A DNA stretch of 64,000 nt from Opitutales bacterium (GTDB taxonomy: Bacteria > Verrucomicrobiota > Verrucomicrobiia > Opitutales > PNEW01): assembly GCA_965197745.1 (NCBI GenBank), contig CBDANS010000007.1, positions 832,001-896,000 on the forward strand, read 5' to 3'. The translations under genes and the position numbers were made by a program. Positions 37,841 to 49,123 of the stretch are shown here, piece by piece. The first letter of the stretch is position 1. Each line of letters starts with the position of its first letter. Under the pieces are notes generated by a model. The model did not search any database and was not told the DNA's origin. It saw nothing but the letters and a program-made list of their open reading frames with translations.

Positions 37841-39808
37841 TTACTCCTGGTCGCGAAATGGTTGGAGGAACGCATCTATCTTATGATAAAGTTCAAATTT
37901 ATTGTCGGGTTTCCGAAACCCGTGCCCTTCATCTTTTTTGACAAGCCATTCATGCGCTTTTTTCTGTTTTACTAAATTGGAGCGCAGTCTCTTTGCCTGG
38001 TCGACAGGAACACGGGGGTCTTGCGAACCATGAACGATAAGTACTGGGGCCTGAATACGGTCTAGAAAGTTAATCGGCGAATAGGCATGAAGCATTTCCT
38101 TGTCTTCTTTTGGATCTCCGATCGTTCTTGTATAGAAAGAATAAGCTACTTTCTGTTTCCATTTCTTGCGCCAATTTATGAGACTGATTAAATCTATAGG
38201 CCCGAAAGCGGTAATTCCAAATTGATACTTATCGGGATAAAAAACCAATTGTGCCATTGTCGCATAACCGCCATAGCTTGATCCATAAATGCCAATACGA
38301 TTCTGGTCGACGAATCCCTGTTCCACAACCCAGTTAATACCGTCGATTATATCCGTTTGCATCGTCGTCCCCCAATTTTTATCACCGGCGTGAAAGAACT
38401 TGCGGCCGTAACTATATGAGGACCTGAAGTTAATTTGTAGAATAGCAAAGCCGCGGTTGGCGAGGAACTGGATTACAGGATTATACCCCCAGGAATCTCT
38501 CACCCAGGGCCCTCCATGGGGATGGACAATCATAGGTAAATTCCTCGGTTCTCTATTGTTTGGTAAGGTCAGGTATCCGTGTATGATCAATCCATCACGA
38601 GCGGCAAAAATAATGGGCTTCACTTCACTTAAGCGTTCTGGGTTTATGACACCATTATTGGCGAGAATCTCAAATTCCAAACGATCATCTTCAATACTGA
38701 GAAGTGAATATATTACGGGATGTCGGTCATTGTAACTGGCGGTGATAATGCGCGTCTGGTCCTCGCTGGCATTGACAATAAGGTTGATAAATCCCGGAAA
38801 CTTTGCCTCTAGAAATTGCTGGATCATTTTTTTCTCTTCGTGAAACCAGAATACCTGGGGCTTATCTGTTTCATAATACACCCCCACGGGTTTTTTGAGA
38901 AAATCCGATAAAATTAATAGGGTAACATCATTGGTTGGGCATGCGAAGAGCATCCTCTCGAGTTTAAGTGTTCTTAAATCATAGGTGTAGAGGGCCGCCA
39001 CTTCACGTCCAATATCACTTGAGACATAGAGAGTATGGTCGTCATAACCGAATGGTTGCTGCTGTGGTCTCAGGCTGGTAAATCGTTCGCGGATGTTTGG
39101 TTCAATCGGAGCCCATCCTTCTTCCTTAAATGAAAATTGGGCGATAGTATCCCAATTAGAATTTACATCATTTCGGTAGTAGTAGGTGGTACTTCCATCA
39201 ATTGCTTCAGCTTTGGCCAGGCGAATCCTCCCTTTTTGATCCGTGTACCATTGGGTGAAGGTCCCTGGATTCAAAGCAGCAAGAACGCGTCCTCCATTCT
39301 TGATGTTCAGGCGGTAGACATCCGGGTAATCGACATTATTTTTATTGTTAACAACAAGAATTTCGTTAGGTGAATCTGGAAGAAGGTCTAACGGCCAGGT
39401 ATAGCGAAAGACCAGACTTGCTGTTGAACGCAGAGGGGGCACAAGGACTTTGTAATTAGCCCCATCCCGGTCAATGGCGAAAAGACCCCATAACTCATTG
39501 CCATTAAAATCCATGGAAAATACCAGTCTGTCGCTATTTGCCCAAAAATAATCTTTAATAGTCTGCTCCTTAAGAGCAGTGATTCTGGTAGGTGTGCGGG
39601 TTTCAAAATCGATGACATAGAGATTCATAGACCCTTTCCATTCAGCTAAGGCAGACAAGTGCTTGCCATTTGGTGAGACACGGAACTTGGCAAACCCCGC
39701 GCTCTTGAAAAAAGATTCAACGGAGATATCTTGAGCGCGAAGAGATGTTCCGAGGAAACCAAAGGTTATGCAGAATACAATCAGGATCCAACGTTGGGAA
39801 ATCATCAA
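37841..39808 (-). CDS. S9 family (prolyl oligopeptidase/acylaminoacyl) peptidase, exported
   Basis: HGGPW, GSSYGG, DPRVP and EGHGF motifs. Confidence 0.95.
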   Translation of the reverse strand: MMISQRWILIVFCITFGFLGTSLRAQDISVESFFKSAGFAKFRVSPNGKHLSALAEWKGSMNLYVIDFETRTPTRITALKEQTIKDYFWANSDRLVFSMDFNGNELWGLFAIDRDGANYKVLVPPLRSTASLVFRYTWPLDLLPDSPNEILVVNNKNNVDYPDVYRLNIKNGGRVLAALNPGTFTQWYTDQKGRIRLAKAEAIDGSTTYYYRNDVNSNWDTIAQFSFKEEGWAPIEPNIRERFTSLRPQQQPFGYDDHTLYVSSDIGREVAALYTYDLRTLKLERMLFACPTNDVTLLILSDFLKKPVGVYYETDKPQVFWFHEEKKMIQQFLEAKFPGFINLIVNASEDQTRIITASYNDRHPVIYSLLSIEDDRLEFEILANNGVINPERLSEVKPIIFAARDGLIIHGYLTLPNNREPRNLPMIVHPHGGPWVRDSWGYNPVIQFLANRGFAILQINFRSSYSYGRKFFHAGDKNWGTTMQTDIIDGINWVVEQGFVDQNRIGIYGSSYGGYATMAQLVFYPDKYQFGITAFGPIDLISLINWRKKWKQKVAYSFYTRTIGDPKEDKEMLHAYSPINFLDRIQAPVLIVHGSQDPRVPVDQAKRLRSNLVKQKKAHEWLVKKDEGHGFRKPDNKFELYHKIDAFLQPFRDQE

Positions 39809-39820
39809 GTGAAATTAGCT

Positions 39821-42550
39821 TCAGAAATTTTTCTTTATCGATAGCGAGACAATGCGACCATAAGGATTATGAGCGCCATTGCGACTATCGTAACCGTCTG
39901 AACGAGATACATCGGGGGGTGGATCCCGGTCAAATAAATTACGAATCCCCAGGGTAATATCAGTATTCCATAATCCGGAATAGGTAAGACTCAAGTCAAA
40001 GGTGGTAAAGCTGCCTACGCTAGGAATTGTAGCGTACTCGGTCTGGTATCCCGAGGAATAGTTGGCTGAGAAAAATGCAGTGAGATTGCGATTGCTGCTG
40101 GCCCATTGCAAAGAGTTACGCGTTTGGTACTTGGGGATTCTAAAAAAGCCGACGAGATTGAATCCCCCATTGATGAACTGGTCAACGTATACGGTGTAAC
40201 TGCGCAACCAGAAATCTCCCTGCGCCTGGGTGCGGAAACGGTAATAAACTTCGAAGTCAATTCCCTCCAGGTCCACTCCCTCAAAATTTCGATATCTGTT
40301 TATGATGTAATCGATATGACCCGGTACCGTAAAACCTCTATAAAAGGTGTTGGGTTTTCGGAAAATACCTGTCGCCTCTCCTCGCGTCTCTGGGTCCATC
40401 AAGAGGAAAGCGAGGGCGTCCTCATTATAGAGATCTATTTCACTGCGAAGTAAACCGAGAACAGACCGTGTGCTGATAACATCTTTGATTTCTAATCGCC
40501 ACAAATTTAATCCCAGGTTAAAATCTTCAATAGATTTCGGATTATAGACGACACCGATGTTAAGATATTGCGATGATTCAGGATCGAGTAGTGGATTGCC
40601 GCTCGTTCGCACATCGCGCGATCTGAAATCATCAAAAGGGTAGGGCCTGTTTTGTTCTGCATCAAAAGTTAGGCTGTAGCGGAGTAGGTCTCGTTCCTGG
40701 ATGAACCCGCGCGTAGTACCGCCAAAAGCTTGCTCCAGAGAGGGAGCTTGAAAACCTTCTGAGTAAGACGCGCGTAAAAGTAAGCCGGGTTTAATTTTTA
40801 TGTTTAATCCAATCTTCGGATTTGTCGAATCACCAAAGTCACTGTATTCCTCTCGGCGCACAGCAACATGGCTTTCCATCCAGGAGGTTATGGGAATTAC
40901 CAGCTCACCGTAAAAAGCATTTATATTCCTGTCTCCCCTCGCAGAGGTGCCGCCAGAACCAAATAGAAGGAAGTTTTCCGCAAGTTCCGATTGGTTTCTG
41001 ACCATGGACTCTTCGCGGTACTCGCCGCCGATGTAACCCTCAACTGTACCGGCCTTTAAATCAAAAAGTTTATGACTGATCCCCGCACTGAATTGATTAA
41101 ATTCTCTATGCCCAAAACGGATGTCATCGGTGGTAATACTTTCGTAGTGAGAGGTATTATTGTTTTCGTCTGGACCTGAAGCGAAAGGATTGAGCGCCTC
41201 AGTTCCCGGTAAGTTAAGAGCGTCTTGAAATAAATCGACGCGTATCAGGTTGGCGTTCAGGTTTGTTACTTCACTCTGCGTTTCCAGATACGCAACTTCC
41301 CATTGTGTATTTGCGCCTGCTTTTCCGTTAAGGCCAGCGACGACACGAGTGGAATCAGAGTCGATTCTGAAAAAACGAGGTCCTGGATCCGTAGGGCGTA
41401 GCAACACGTCACTCAAATCTATTCCTCCCTCTATTATATTTCTCGTTGGATTATACACATTGCTGGCGGGAATCGTGAATGGCCGGTCGAGTGCGGAAGG
41501 GGCAAATTGAGATTCTGATTTATTCGATTGGTAACTGATCTCGGTAAAAAATTCGAGTGAATCGGTCAGGCTATAATTGCCGATCATTGTAACTCCGTAG
41601 CGCTCAGCAGCGCTAATCGCGGTTTTAAATTCATTATAATTAAAGCGTTCGTAAATCAGGGAAGTTTCAGGTGAACCGTCTCCGATAAAGAAAAAAGCGT
41701 CGGTCCCCGACGTAAATGAAAAGATCCCCGGATAGGAAGCCCAATCGCGAAAGTCAAAACCGCCCTGGTCTGAATGGTCGGCACTGGACGAGTAAGATCG
41801 GTTACTCAGTCTGATAGAATTACGGTGTAAGAAATTGGCAAATACCGCGAAGTTAGACTTTGTTGAATTACGACCCCAGGCAATATCTGCTTTTGTGGTG
41901 GAAAAGTCATCATCGCGCGTAGTGTTGCCGTAAAAAGTGCGTACTTCAGCACCCTCAAAATCTTTGCGCAAAATAAAATTAATCACGCCGGCATGCGCAT
42001 CAGAACCATATATGGCTGAACCGCCTTCTTTTAGGATTTCAATTTTTTCCAACGCTTCCACAGGGATGGCATTTAAATCTACAAAATTAGTCCCGTTAGC
42101 AGTGGAAAAGGCGTAAGGTGCTAACCGCCGTCCATTAAGCAATACGAGAGTGCCACCCACACCTGTCCCGCGTAAATTAGCTTGAGCACCATCACCGGCA
42201 AAGGAGCCGGATTGATCTGCTTCCGAAGCTCCTGCGGTGATCGGCAGTCGACGTATGAGATCGGAAATTTGCGGTGTTGGGTTAAGATTAAGCTCTTCCT
42301 GGTCAACTTTCAGGAGGGGAGCTACATCTTCGAGATGGATGGTCTTGATTCGCGATCCGGTTATCAGCAAGTCCTCCAATTCAACAATCTGTTCCGTTTC
42401 CTCTTGCTTTGAAATTCGCGGTTTAGGCTCCTGCTTTTGCTCTGGTGGAACTTCCGCATGCTCATCATTCTCTGCGTAAGCGGGAAAACCAGCTGCCAAA
42501 AGGACCAATAAAACAATCAAGGTCTCAACTAATTGGATGAAACGTTGCAT
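39821..42550 (-). CDS. TonB-dependent receptor
   Basis: ITGSRI, TLVLLNGRR, IEILKEGGSAIYGSDAHAGVINFI, NLFDRDPP and a C-terminal Phe. Confidence 0.95.
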   Translation of the reverse strand: MQRFIQLVETLIVLLVLLAAGFPAYAENDEHAEVPPEQKQEPKPRISKQEETEQIVELEDLLITGSRIKTIHLEDVAPLLKVDQEELNLNPTPQISDLIRRLPITAGASEADQSGSFAGDGAQANLRGTGVGGTLVLLNGRRLAPYAFSTANGTNFVDLNAIPVEALEKIEILKEGGSAIYGSDAHAGVINFILRKDFEGAEVRTFYGNTTRDDDFSTTKADIAWGRNSTKSNFAVFANFLHRNSIRLSNRSYSSSADHSDQGGFDFRDWASYPGIFSFTSGTDAFFFIGDGSPETSLIYERFNYNEFKTAISAAERYGVTMIGNYSLTDSLEFFTEISYQSNKSESQFAPSALDRPFTIPASNVYNPTRNIIEGGIDLSDVLLRPTDPGPRFFRIDSDSTRVVAGLNGKAGANTQWEVAYLETQSEVTNLNANLIRVDLFQDALNLPGTEALNPFASGPDENNNTSHYESITTDDIRFGHREFNQFSAGISHKLFDLKAGTVEGYIGGEYREESMVRNQSELAENFLLFGSGGTSARGDRNINAFYGELVIPITSWMESHVAVRREEYSDFGDSTNPKIGLNIKIKPGLLLRASYSEGFQAPSLEQAFGGTTRGFIQERDLLRYSLTFDAEQNRPYPFDDFRSRDVRTSGNPLLDPESSQYLNIGVVYNPKSIEDFNLGLNLWRLEIKDVISTRSVLGLLRSEIDLYNEDALAFLLMDPETRGEATGIFRKPNTFYRGFTVPGHIDYIINRYRNFEGVDLEGIDFEVYYRFRTQAQGDFWLRSYTVYVDQFINGGFNLVGFFRIPKYQTRNSLQWASSNRNLTAFFSANYSSGYQTEYATIPSVGSFTTFDLSLTYSGLWNTDITLGIRNLFDRDPPPDVSRSDGYDSRNGAHNPYGRIVSLSIKKNF

Positions 42551-42741
42551 TTTCAGGGGTAATTAATAATACAAATATAATAGCTAACACTTGTTGAGCA
42601 AACCCATTCTCTTTAAACCTTTATAGTATGGCTCAGAATTATTCAATTTCCGGATAAAAGGGGAGTCGATGAACATTAAGAAGTGACAATATCAAAGACC
42701 TGTTGATATTTTAATATTAGGTAATAGCAGATATCGAAACG

Positions 42742-43584
42742 ATGATAGTTGATTGTCATACCCATTTATCTACCAATGAGCAATGGGGAGATGTTTTCTT
42801 AAATGCATTCGCTGTTTCTTATAAGGGATCCGGTATAGATTTACATGTTACTCCGGATCGGCACTGGAAAGCATCTGAAGCGGCAGATAAGGTCATTGTT
42901 TTTGGAATTAACTCTCAATTCCTGAAAATGCAAACCCCCAATGAGCAAATTGCTGACTACGCCGGTTCACATCCTGAAAAGATTATTGGGTTTATGTCTA
43001 TAGACCCAAATGATTCAAAGGCTATTGAAGAGCTGGAAAGGGGTGTGCATGATTTAAAACTGCGCGGTATCAAAATGAGTCCTGTCTACCAGAACTACGA
43101 TCCAATGGATAAGTGTGTGCAGGAAATATATCAGCGCGCGGTTAAATACAATCTGCCCATCCTGACCCATTCTGCCTATCAAATGATCTCGCAAACGCCG
43201 ATGAAATGGGCGAATCCATTACTCTTTGATGATGTCGGTATTCGCTATCCTGACTTGAAGGTTATCATCGCTCATGTCGGCGTTCCATGGTATGCTGATG
43301 CCATGGTCGTGGTCAGAAAACACCACAATATATATGCTGATATTTCGGGAATAATGACTAAACCCAACTGGGGTTACCAGGCGATACTTGCTTTTCATGA
43401 ATTCGGTATTTCACACAAACTTTTATTTGGTACCGATTTTCCTTTTCTTACTGTTGCTGATACGATCACCGGGCTACGTAATGTTAATCAGGTGCTTCCG
43501 GAAAATGGGATGACAGAGATCCCCCAGACTTTAATTGAAGAAATTATCCATCGGGAAACACTGTCGCTTCTGGAATTGGAGTGA
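42742..43584 (+). CDS. Amidohydrolase_2 family protein
   Basis: DCHTH, RGIK, IAHVG and LFGTDFP motifs. Confidence 0.92.
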   Translation: MIVDCHTHLSTNEQWGDVFLNAFAVSYKGSGIDLHVTPDRHWKASEAADKVIVFGINSQFLKMQTPNEQIADYAGSHPEKIIGFMSIDPNDSKAIEELERGVHDLKLRGIKMSPVYQNYDPMDKCVQEIYQRAVKYNLPILTHSAYQMISQTPMKWANPLLFDDVGIRYPDLKVIIAHVGVPWYADAMVVVRKHHNIYADISGIMTKPNWGYQAILAFHEFGISHKLLFGTDFPFLTVADTITGLRNVNQVLPENGMTEIPQTLIEEIIHRETLSLLELE

Positions 43585-43628
43585 AGACGCGGCCGAAGAG
43601 GCAGACGAAGACGAAGGTTGCAGTCTGC

Positions 43629-44435
43629 TTAATATACCTCTCGTTTCATTCCTTTGACTGAAATAGCAATCCCACACAGGGTGAGAATGAGCCACACCGT
43701 GTAACAATACCCCAGCTTGTATAACTGAGCAGCGTCAATCGCTGGTGAATAGCCCTCAATAAAAGCAAACAGGGGGTAGAGCGGGTGGTGGAAGAATGCT
43801 GCGTAAGAGACGACTACACCCCAGGTCGATGAAGAGCCATTGACAAGACTGAGTGCCAGACCACCAAAGAGGGGAATAACGGTACACCATCCAAAAAGAA
43901 CGATACCGGTTACGAGGTAGGCAGTAAGGGAACGTCCGAAAAAGCCTGATAACCCAATCGCGAGACTGGCAATCGTCAATCCCGCAAGGAGGTTTGATCC
44001 CGTGCAAATGATGACGACCATGGGTTGGGGGCCACCCCATAATGTGCCAAGAAAAAGAAAAGGAAATGGAATAATTCCCAACCATAATATAAGCGTCCAC
44101 GCGCCGAAAAGTTTTCCCATGACAATTTTGGTTCGAGATAGAGGTGAGTTTATTAAGGCCGTGATCGTCCTCTGTTCACGCTCTTGAGAGATTCGACCTG
44201 CTGCTCCTAATGGTGATAAAATGATAATGATACCAGCCTGTATAAAGAGCGTTGACCAGATAAGGCCCGCACCCACCTCGTGGGGCATGGTGTAATTATT
44301 TGAAGAAATGTGCATTGTTGTAAAAACCATCCCCACAACAACAAGGAGGGTAAGAATTATAAATACAACTACCATCCACAGCCGCTTCTCTCGGGTGCGG
44401 ACACGTAATTCAAGCCAGTAGAGAGGATTAATCAT
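43629..44435 (-). CDS. ABC-2 type transporter permease
   Basis: ISQEREQRT...SPLS...GKL motif; six TM segments. Confidence 0.88.
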   Translation of the reverse strand: MINPLYWLELRVRTREKRLWMVVVFIILTLLVVVGMVFTTMHISSNNYTMPHEVGAGLIWSTLFIQAGIIIILSPLGAAGRISQEREQRTITALINSPLSRTKIVMGKLFGAWTLILWLGIIPFPFLFLGTLWGGPQPMVVIICTGSNLLAGLTIASLAIGLSGFFGRSLTAYLVTGIVLFGWCTVIPLFGGLALSLVNGSSSTWGVVVSYAAFFHHPLYPLFAFIEGYSPAIDAAQLYKLGYCYTVWLILTLCGIAISVKGMKREVY

Positions 44436-45382
44436 GAGCCATTACCTTCGAGTAATTTTCGTACCACCGAATTAAGTTCCAGTTGTTCACGGGAGAAGGA
44501 ATATACTTCTATTCCATCATGAACTACATGTTGCAGCACTGTAGCAGCTTCGTGTTCGTCGGATGCAGAGAAGACTAGCCCGTTAGAGATCATTTCTACG
44601 ACTTCAGCATCGAGAGTATCAATCGTTGCTCTGGCCTGCACAGGGTCGGAACACTCCAGTCGCCATCGTGTCTTTTCTCGGCTGTCGTTAAATTCATTTC
44701 GTGAAAAAAAGATTTTTTGCGGGCGTATTTCGACCCAGGTACCCTGCTTAAGCACGCCAAAATAATCAGCTAACTCTTCCAGTTCTGGCAGTATGTGAGA
44801 TGAAATGACAATGGTGTGATTTTTCTGGGCAAGCTTTCGAATGATGTCCAGGAGATCGTGACGCGCTGATATGTCGAGTCCGGCCGCCGGTTCGTCCAGG
44901 AGAAGAACGGGAGCTTGCGATAGAAGAACGCGACCCAGTGCAAGACGTCGTTGCCAGCCTGCGGATAGTGTTTCAACCTCAGCATCAAGCCAGGGCTCAA
45001 ATTCAAGCAACCCGACCACTTCATTGATTCTACTTTTTGCTTCCTTTTCAGGAATTTCCAGAACGCGCGAAAAAAAATCAAGATACTCAATTGCGGATAG
45101 GTCTGTGTAGACACCGAGAGGATCGGGCATCAGACCCACAAAACTGGCGGCGTTTTGTGGATGTGCGGTTACGTCGTTCTGATTACAGAATACCTGACCT
45201 GAATCAGGTGTGAGCAGTCCACTTGCGAGCAAAAGCAGGGTAGACTTACCCGCTCCATTCGGACCGATAAGTCCGAATATTGTCCCCGGTTCCACGGTAA
45301 GAAATACATCGGAAACTGCTTTTACCCCATTGGGATAAGTTTTATGCAGGTGCTTAAGTGAAAGTGTTACCGGCTCCATCAT
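44432..45382 (-). CDS. ABC transporter ATP-binding protein
   Basis: GPNGAGKS, LSAGWQRR, LLLDEP and SSH motifs. Confidence 0.95.
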   Translation of the reverse strand: MMEPVTLSLKHLHKTYPNGVKAVSDVFLTVEPGTIFGLIGPNGAGKSTLLLLASGLLTPDSGQVFCNQNDVTAHPQNAASFVGLMPDPLGVYTDLSAIEYLDFFSRVLEIPEKEAKSRINEVVGLLEFEPWLDAEVETLSAGWQRRLALGRVLLSQAPVLLLDEPAAGLDISARHDLLDIIRKLAQKNHTIVISSHILPELEELADYFGVLKQGTWVEIRPQKIFFSRNEFNDSREKTRWRLECSDPVQARATIDTLDAEVVEMISNGLVFSASDEHEAATVLQHVVHDGIEVYSFSREQLELNSVVRKLLEGNGS

Positions 45383-47355
45383 TATCCTTGTTCACTATCG
45401 GGGTTGGGGAGAGGCAATTGTATGACCCATACTACCTTCGAATAGGTGAGAAGGGCATCATTGTTCAAGGTAAGAAGTGGAGCTTCTTCAGATAGACCGA
45501 TGACGACTAAACTGTTTGGAAACGCTCCTTGGTTCTCAATTCTATTTTCTAAATCAGCAGCATGTTTAAGTTGAGATCTCAACGATGAATTTTGGGTTTG
45601 GTGGGTATAGGGAAAGGTTTCCGCAAATTGTGTTGCTCTGCCATACTTAAATAAAGCAGATAGGGTGAGGGGCATCCCGTATAGTTGCTTCGTCTTACTG
45701 CCTCTAAAGGGGTCAACAATATCTCCCTTTTTCATTTTCCCGAAGTGATGCCACTCGGTGTTGTCCCATACTATCACCCGCTCAAGATTGTCACGCGCTC
45801 TCAATTGTAACTCATGGTTCTCCCAAAATAATTCCAAGGGAATACTCATCTCCTTGAAGTGGGCGACTTCACGTTCGGTAACATCACCCCGTATTAATGA
45901 CTTCCATTGATATTGAGTGAGCGGTTGATCCGAATAGTTATGATCGGTATTCGTGGTTGTCCGTCTGCGAATGGCACGCCAGTTAACATTTGGTACAGAG
46001 AAACTATTTGCGGGAACAGACATAGCTACCTTTTCTCTATTAAACGACAATATTCGAATTACATCTCTCACATAAGTATCAGGCCAGGATGTATGAGCCA
46101 ATCGAAATTCAGTAACTTCCACAATGGGTTTGCGTGGTAAATAAACAGTGCCAACACCCCATCCGATAGCCGCTGTAAGGAGTGATATAGCAGGAACCGT
46201 CCACCACAGGTGCAGACGCTTTGCCCCTTTCAGGGTGTTAAACGCGAGTGGGGTTCCTATGAGTAAGGTGATGCTGAATATAATTATTAAAACCATAGTC
46301 CATAGTATATATGAATGCCGGTATGGCTCAAAAATATGTTCCTTGCTCAGCAGCGTTCGCGTGTCTTTACTATTGTAATTACCGTCGGGTTGTAGAAATG
46401 AGCGCCAGGCAGTGCCGCTTGTGTGTGACCATAAGGTTTGAAGTGATAGCTGGTCAGGGACTCCGATCCCACCAAGAAGAACGGTATCGGGAGTAGATAA
46501 CTCGAGCGAAGCCGCTATAGATTCCACGGTTGTTTGGCGGCCATAGAGCCAGACCCCCATTAAGAGGAGGCGTTGAAGTGTGCGGGAGGTAAGGGGAGAG
46601 TGTTCCCAGAAATTTTCAGAAATCCATAATGCGGTTACCTCAGAAAATGGGTTCAAGTGAGGGGGAATATCGTTAACAGTGTGAAAATTTTGCATATTCA
46701 CATACTCTCTCAATATTCTATCAGCTTCAGCTTCATCCATGACCCAACCGGTTGCATTCTCCATATGCTCAGCTTCGATGCGATCGATAACAAGATAACG
46801 GCCGAGTATATTTCCCTCGGCATTTTTTATTTCCAGACGGCAGGACAGGGCCACTGACTCTTTCATCATGCGGTAATATGAAAAGCGGGGCAGCACCAGG
46901 GGAATATCATTACGGTTTTCGCGCGTTTTTATGTGAAAAGTATCACGATGATATTCGTCTCGAATTTTTAAATTTCGATTGAGATTACCCGAGCTTCCGA
47001 GATCAGCATTTATCACTTCTGCGTAGATGAGCGCAACCGAGAGTGGGTATTGAGGGGGTGTTGAAAGAACGGGATGAATATTTAAGCTTCCAATATAGCC
47101 ACCAGGCGGACGATTTAATTTTATTCTCTTTTTCTTCAACCTTCCTCCATCAAGGTGTGATGATTCAAGGTTTCTTGACATGCTCGTGTTATCGACAAAG
47201 TTTCCAAAGGCATTGAACTCGACTTTAATCTCTGAGGAGGAAGGATAATTTAACCAGTCTCGATAGGATTCTGCATCCAAAGTTAAATGAATAAGCAGAA
47301 CAAAAGCATACAACCATAATGCCCTTATTGCTGTCATTGGCCTGTGAATACACAT
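45382..47355 (-). CDS. Hypothetical membrane protein in the ABC operon
   Basis: Signal-like N-terminus and two central TM helices (WWTVPAISL); stop overlaps the ATPase start. Confidence 0.7.
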   Translation of the reverse strand: MCIHRPMTAIRALWLYAFVLLIHLTLDAESYRDWLNYPSSSEIKVEFNAFGNFVDNTSMSRNLESSHLDGGRLKKKRIKLNRPPGGYIGSLNIHPVLSTPPQYPLSVALIYAEVINADLGSSGNLNRNLKIRDEYHRDTFHIKTRENRNDIPLVLPRFSYYRMMKESVALSCRLEIKNAEGNILGRYLVIDRIEAEHMENATGWVMDEAEADRILREYVNMQNFHTVNDIPPHLNPFSEVTALWISENFWEHSPLTSRTLQRLLLMGVWLYGRQTTVESIAASLELSTPDTVLLGGIGVPDQLSLQTLWSHTSGTAWRSFLQPDGNYNSKDTRTLLSKEHIFEPYRHSYILWTMVLIIIFSITLLIGTPLAFNTLKGAKRLHLWWTVPAISLLTAAIGWGVGTVYLPRKPIVEVTEFRLAHTSWPDTYVRDVIRILSFNREKVAMSVPANSFSVPNVNWRAIRRRTTTNTDHNYSDQPLTQYQWKSLIRGDVTEREVAHFKEMSIPLELFWENHELQLRARDNLERVIVWDNTEWHHFGKMKKGDIVDPFRGSKTKQLYGMPLTLSALFKYGRATQFAETFPYTHQTQNSSLRSQLKHAADLENRIENQGAFPNSLVVIGLSEEAPLLTLNNDALLTYSKVVWVIQLPLPNPDSEQG

Positions 47356-47386
47356 TCTGTTTCTGTGTAAGGTCGGGTTCTGGACC

Positions 47387-48808
47387 TTATTTTTTTATTT
47401 TGTGGCCGCTTTTATTTCCGAGGCCATCGTATGCAGCATATTTATAGAGCTCATGCAGCGTCGGTGAATTGATGGCTATCGAAATGCAATATTCGATGGG
47501 CTTTTTGCTTTCCACCAGTGCCATGCCGAAATGAATTATCTCGGTGGCAATCGGTCCGATGAGGTGAACACCTAATATCGTGTTGTCATCACGATTAAAT
47601 ACTATTTTGATAAATCCGTTTTCCGCGCCCATAATTCGACCGCGAATTAAATCACGGTAACGGGCACGTCCTACACAGGTATCGTAGTTTTGTTTTTTCG
47701 CTTCTTCTTCGGTGAGCCCTATCATAGATACCTCCGGCACTGTATACATTCCCAGGGGATACTGCTCGGCGATGTGTTCTACATCATTTAAACTGAACAT
47801 ATGGGCGACAGCCACGCGACCTTGGTCCATGCTTATACTGGCGAGAGCGGGAAATCCTATGACATCGCCCACCGCGAATATGTTGGGTGTATTACTTCGG
47901 TAATATTTATCGACGATGATAGTTTCACGATTCCCGGTTTTTAAACCCGCTTTTTCACACTGCAAGTTGCCGATGTTTCCACAACGCCCTGCGGCATAGA
48001 GAAACATATCCCCTACTATTGTTTTATCCGATGAGAGTAAGGCGTGCGCTTTTTGCCCGGCTTCGACGTCTTCAATGGTGACTTTTTCCAAGCGCGTATT
48101 GAATAGTATCTCCACTTCATCCCTCTTCATCTGTTCAACCAGGGCATTTGAAATTTCTTCGTCAAGAAATTTGAGGATCTTGTTATGACTGTTTACGAGC
48201 GTAACCTTACTGCCCAGAGTGGAAAAGATAGTTGCATATTCGCATCCAATGACACCTGCGCCCACAATGCAAATTGTCTCGGGTATGCGATCAATATTCA
48301 GAATCGTATCCGAGTCATGGATAGTATTTCCGTTAAAGGGAATGCCGGGTGGATGGTAGGGATAAGAACCCGTGGCGATAATTATATTTTTCCCCTCGAT
48401 AACGAGTGTTTCCTTACCTTTTATTTCGATATGGTGCTCATCTTGAAAAGAAGCCGCTCCTTGATAAATGTCCACATCGTGAATCATTAAGTTATGTCGC
48501 ACTTCATCGCTTTGGGTTTTTACAATAAGATTTTTTCGGTATAGGAAATGCTCAACAGATGCTTTTTCCTGTAGCTCGCGTTCGATCCCATAAAGACCCT
48601 TGTCGTACTTCCCCGATAAATAAAGAGCGGTTTCCTTAAGGGTCTTTGAAGGGACTGTCCCTGTTTTAACTCCAGCCCCACCGTAAGCTGAATCCTTTTC
48701 AATAATCGCAACTTTATAACCGAAATAGGCTGCCTTTACCGCTGCTTTTTCGCCCGCAGGGCCGGATCCTATAACAATGAGGTCGTATATTTTATCGGAT
48801 TTCGCCAT
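47387..48808 (-). CDS. sthA: Soluble pyridine nucleotide transhydrogenase
   Basis: IGSGPAGEKAA, TGTVPSKTL (no redox disulfide), GDVIGFPALAS, MDQGR and YKYAAYDGL motifs. Confidence 0.88.
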   Translation of the reverse strand: MAKSDKIYDLIVIGSGPAGEKAAVKAAYFGYKVAIIEKDSAYGGAGVKTGTVPSKTLKETALYLSGKYDKGLYGIERELQEKASVEHFLYRKNLIVKTQSDEVRHNLMIHDVDIYQGAASFQDEHHIEIKGKETLVIEGKNIIIATGSYPYHPPGIPFNGNTIHDSDTILNIDRIPETICIVGAGVIGCEYATIFSTLGSKVTLVNSHNKILKFLDEEISNALVEQMKRDEVEILFNTRLEKVTIEDVEAGQKAHALLSSDKTIVGDMFLYAAGRCGNIGNLQCEKAGLKTGNRETIIVDKYYRSNTPNIFAVGDVIGFPALASISMDQGRVAVAHMFSLNDVEHIAEQYPLGMYTVPEVSMIGLTEEEAKKQNYDTCVGRARYRDLIRGRIMGAENGFIKIVFNRDDNTILGVHLIGPIATEIIHFGMALVESKKPIEYCISIAINSPTLHELYKYAAYDGLGNKSGHKIKK

Positions 48809-49123
48809 GTATTAATAATAATGGATTTTCAGGTTAGGGGAAAAGTATTCTTATTTACAATTTAAAAGACCCACAAGTAATACCTTACCTAGGGGTAGAG
48901 GTATAAATTCGATCACAATCTGTAATTAAGTTTATCTTCGTCTGCGTCTTGGTCTGTCTCTGCGTCACTGATTTTATACGAAATATAGAAATCATAATAT
49001 TTAATAATGTGACCATTTGCTCACAGAAATCCGGTGACAGTAGAGTAAAAGAGGATGGGGACGAAGAGTCAGGCCGGGAGGTAGATTGGCGACTAGATAT
49101 CCCTTTAATAATTATCGTAAAGG

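Noticed and set aside
37841..42550. Lasso-peptide cluster (isopeptidase plus TonB receptor)
   Set aside because: No precursor, B protein or asparagine-synthetase-like cyclase nearby.
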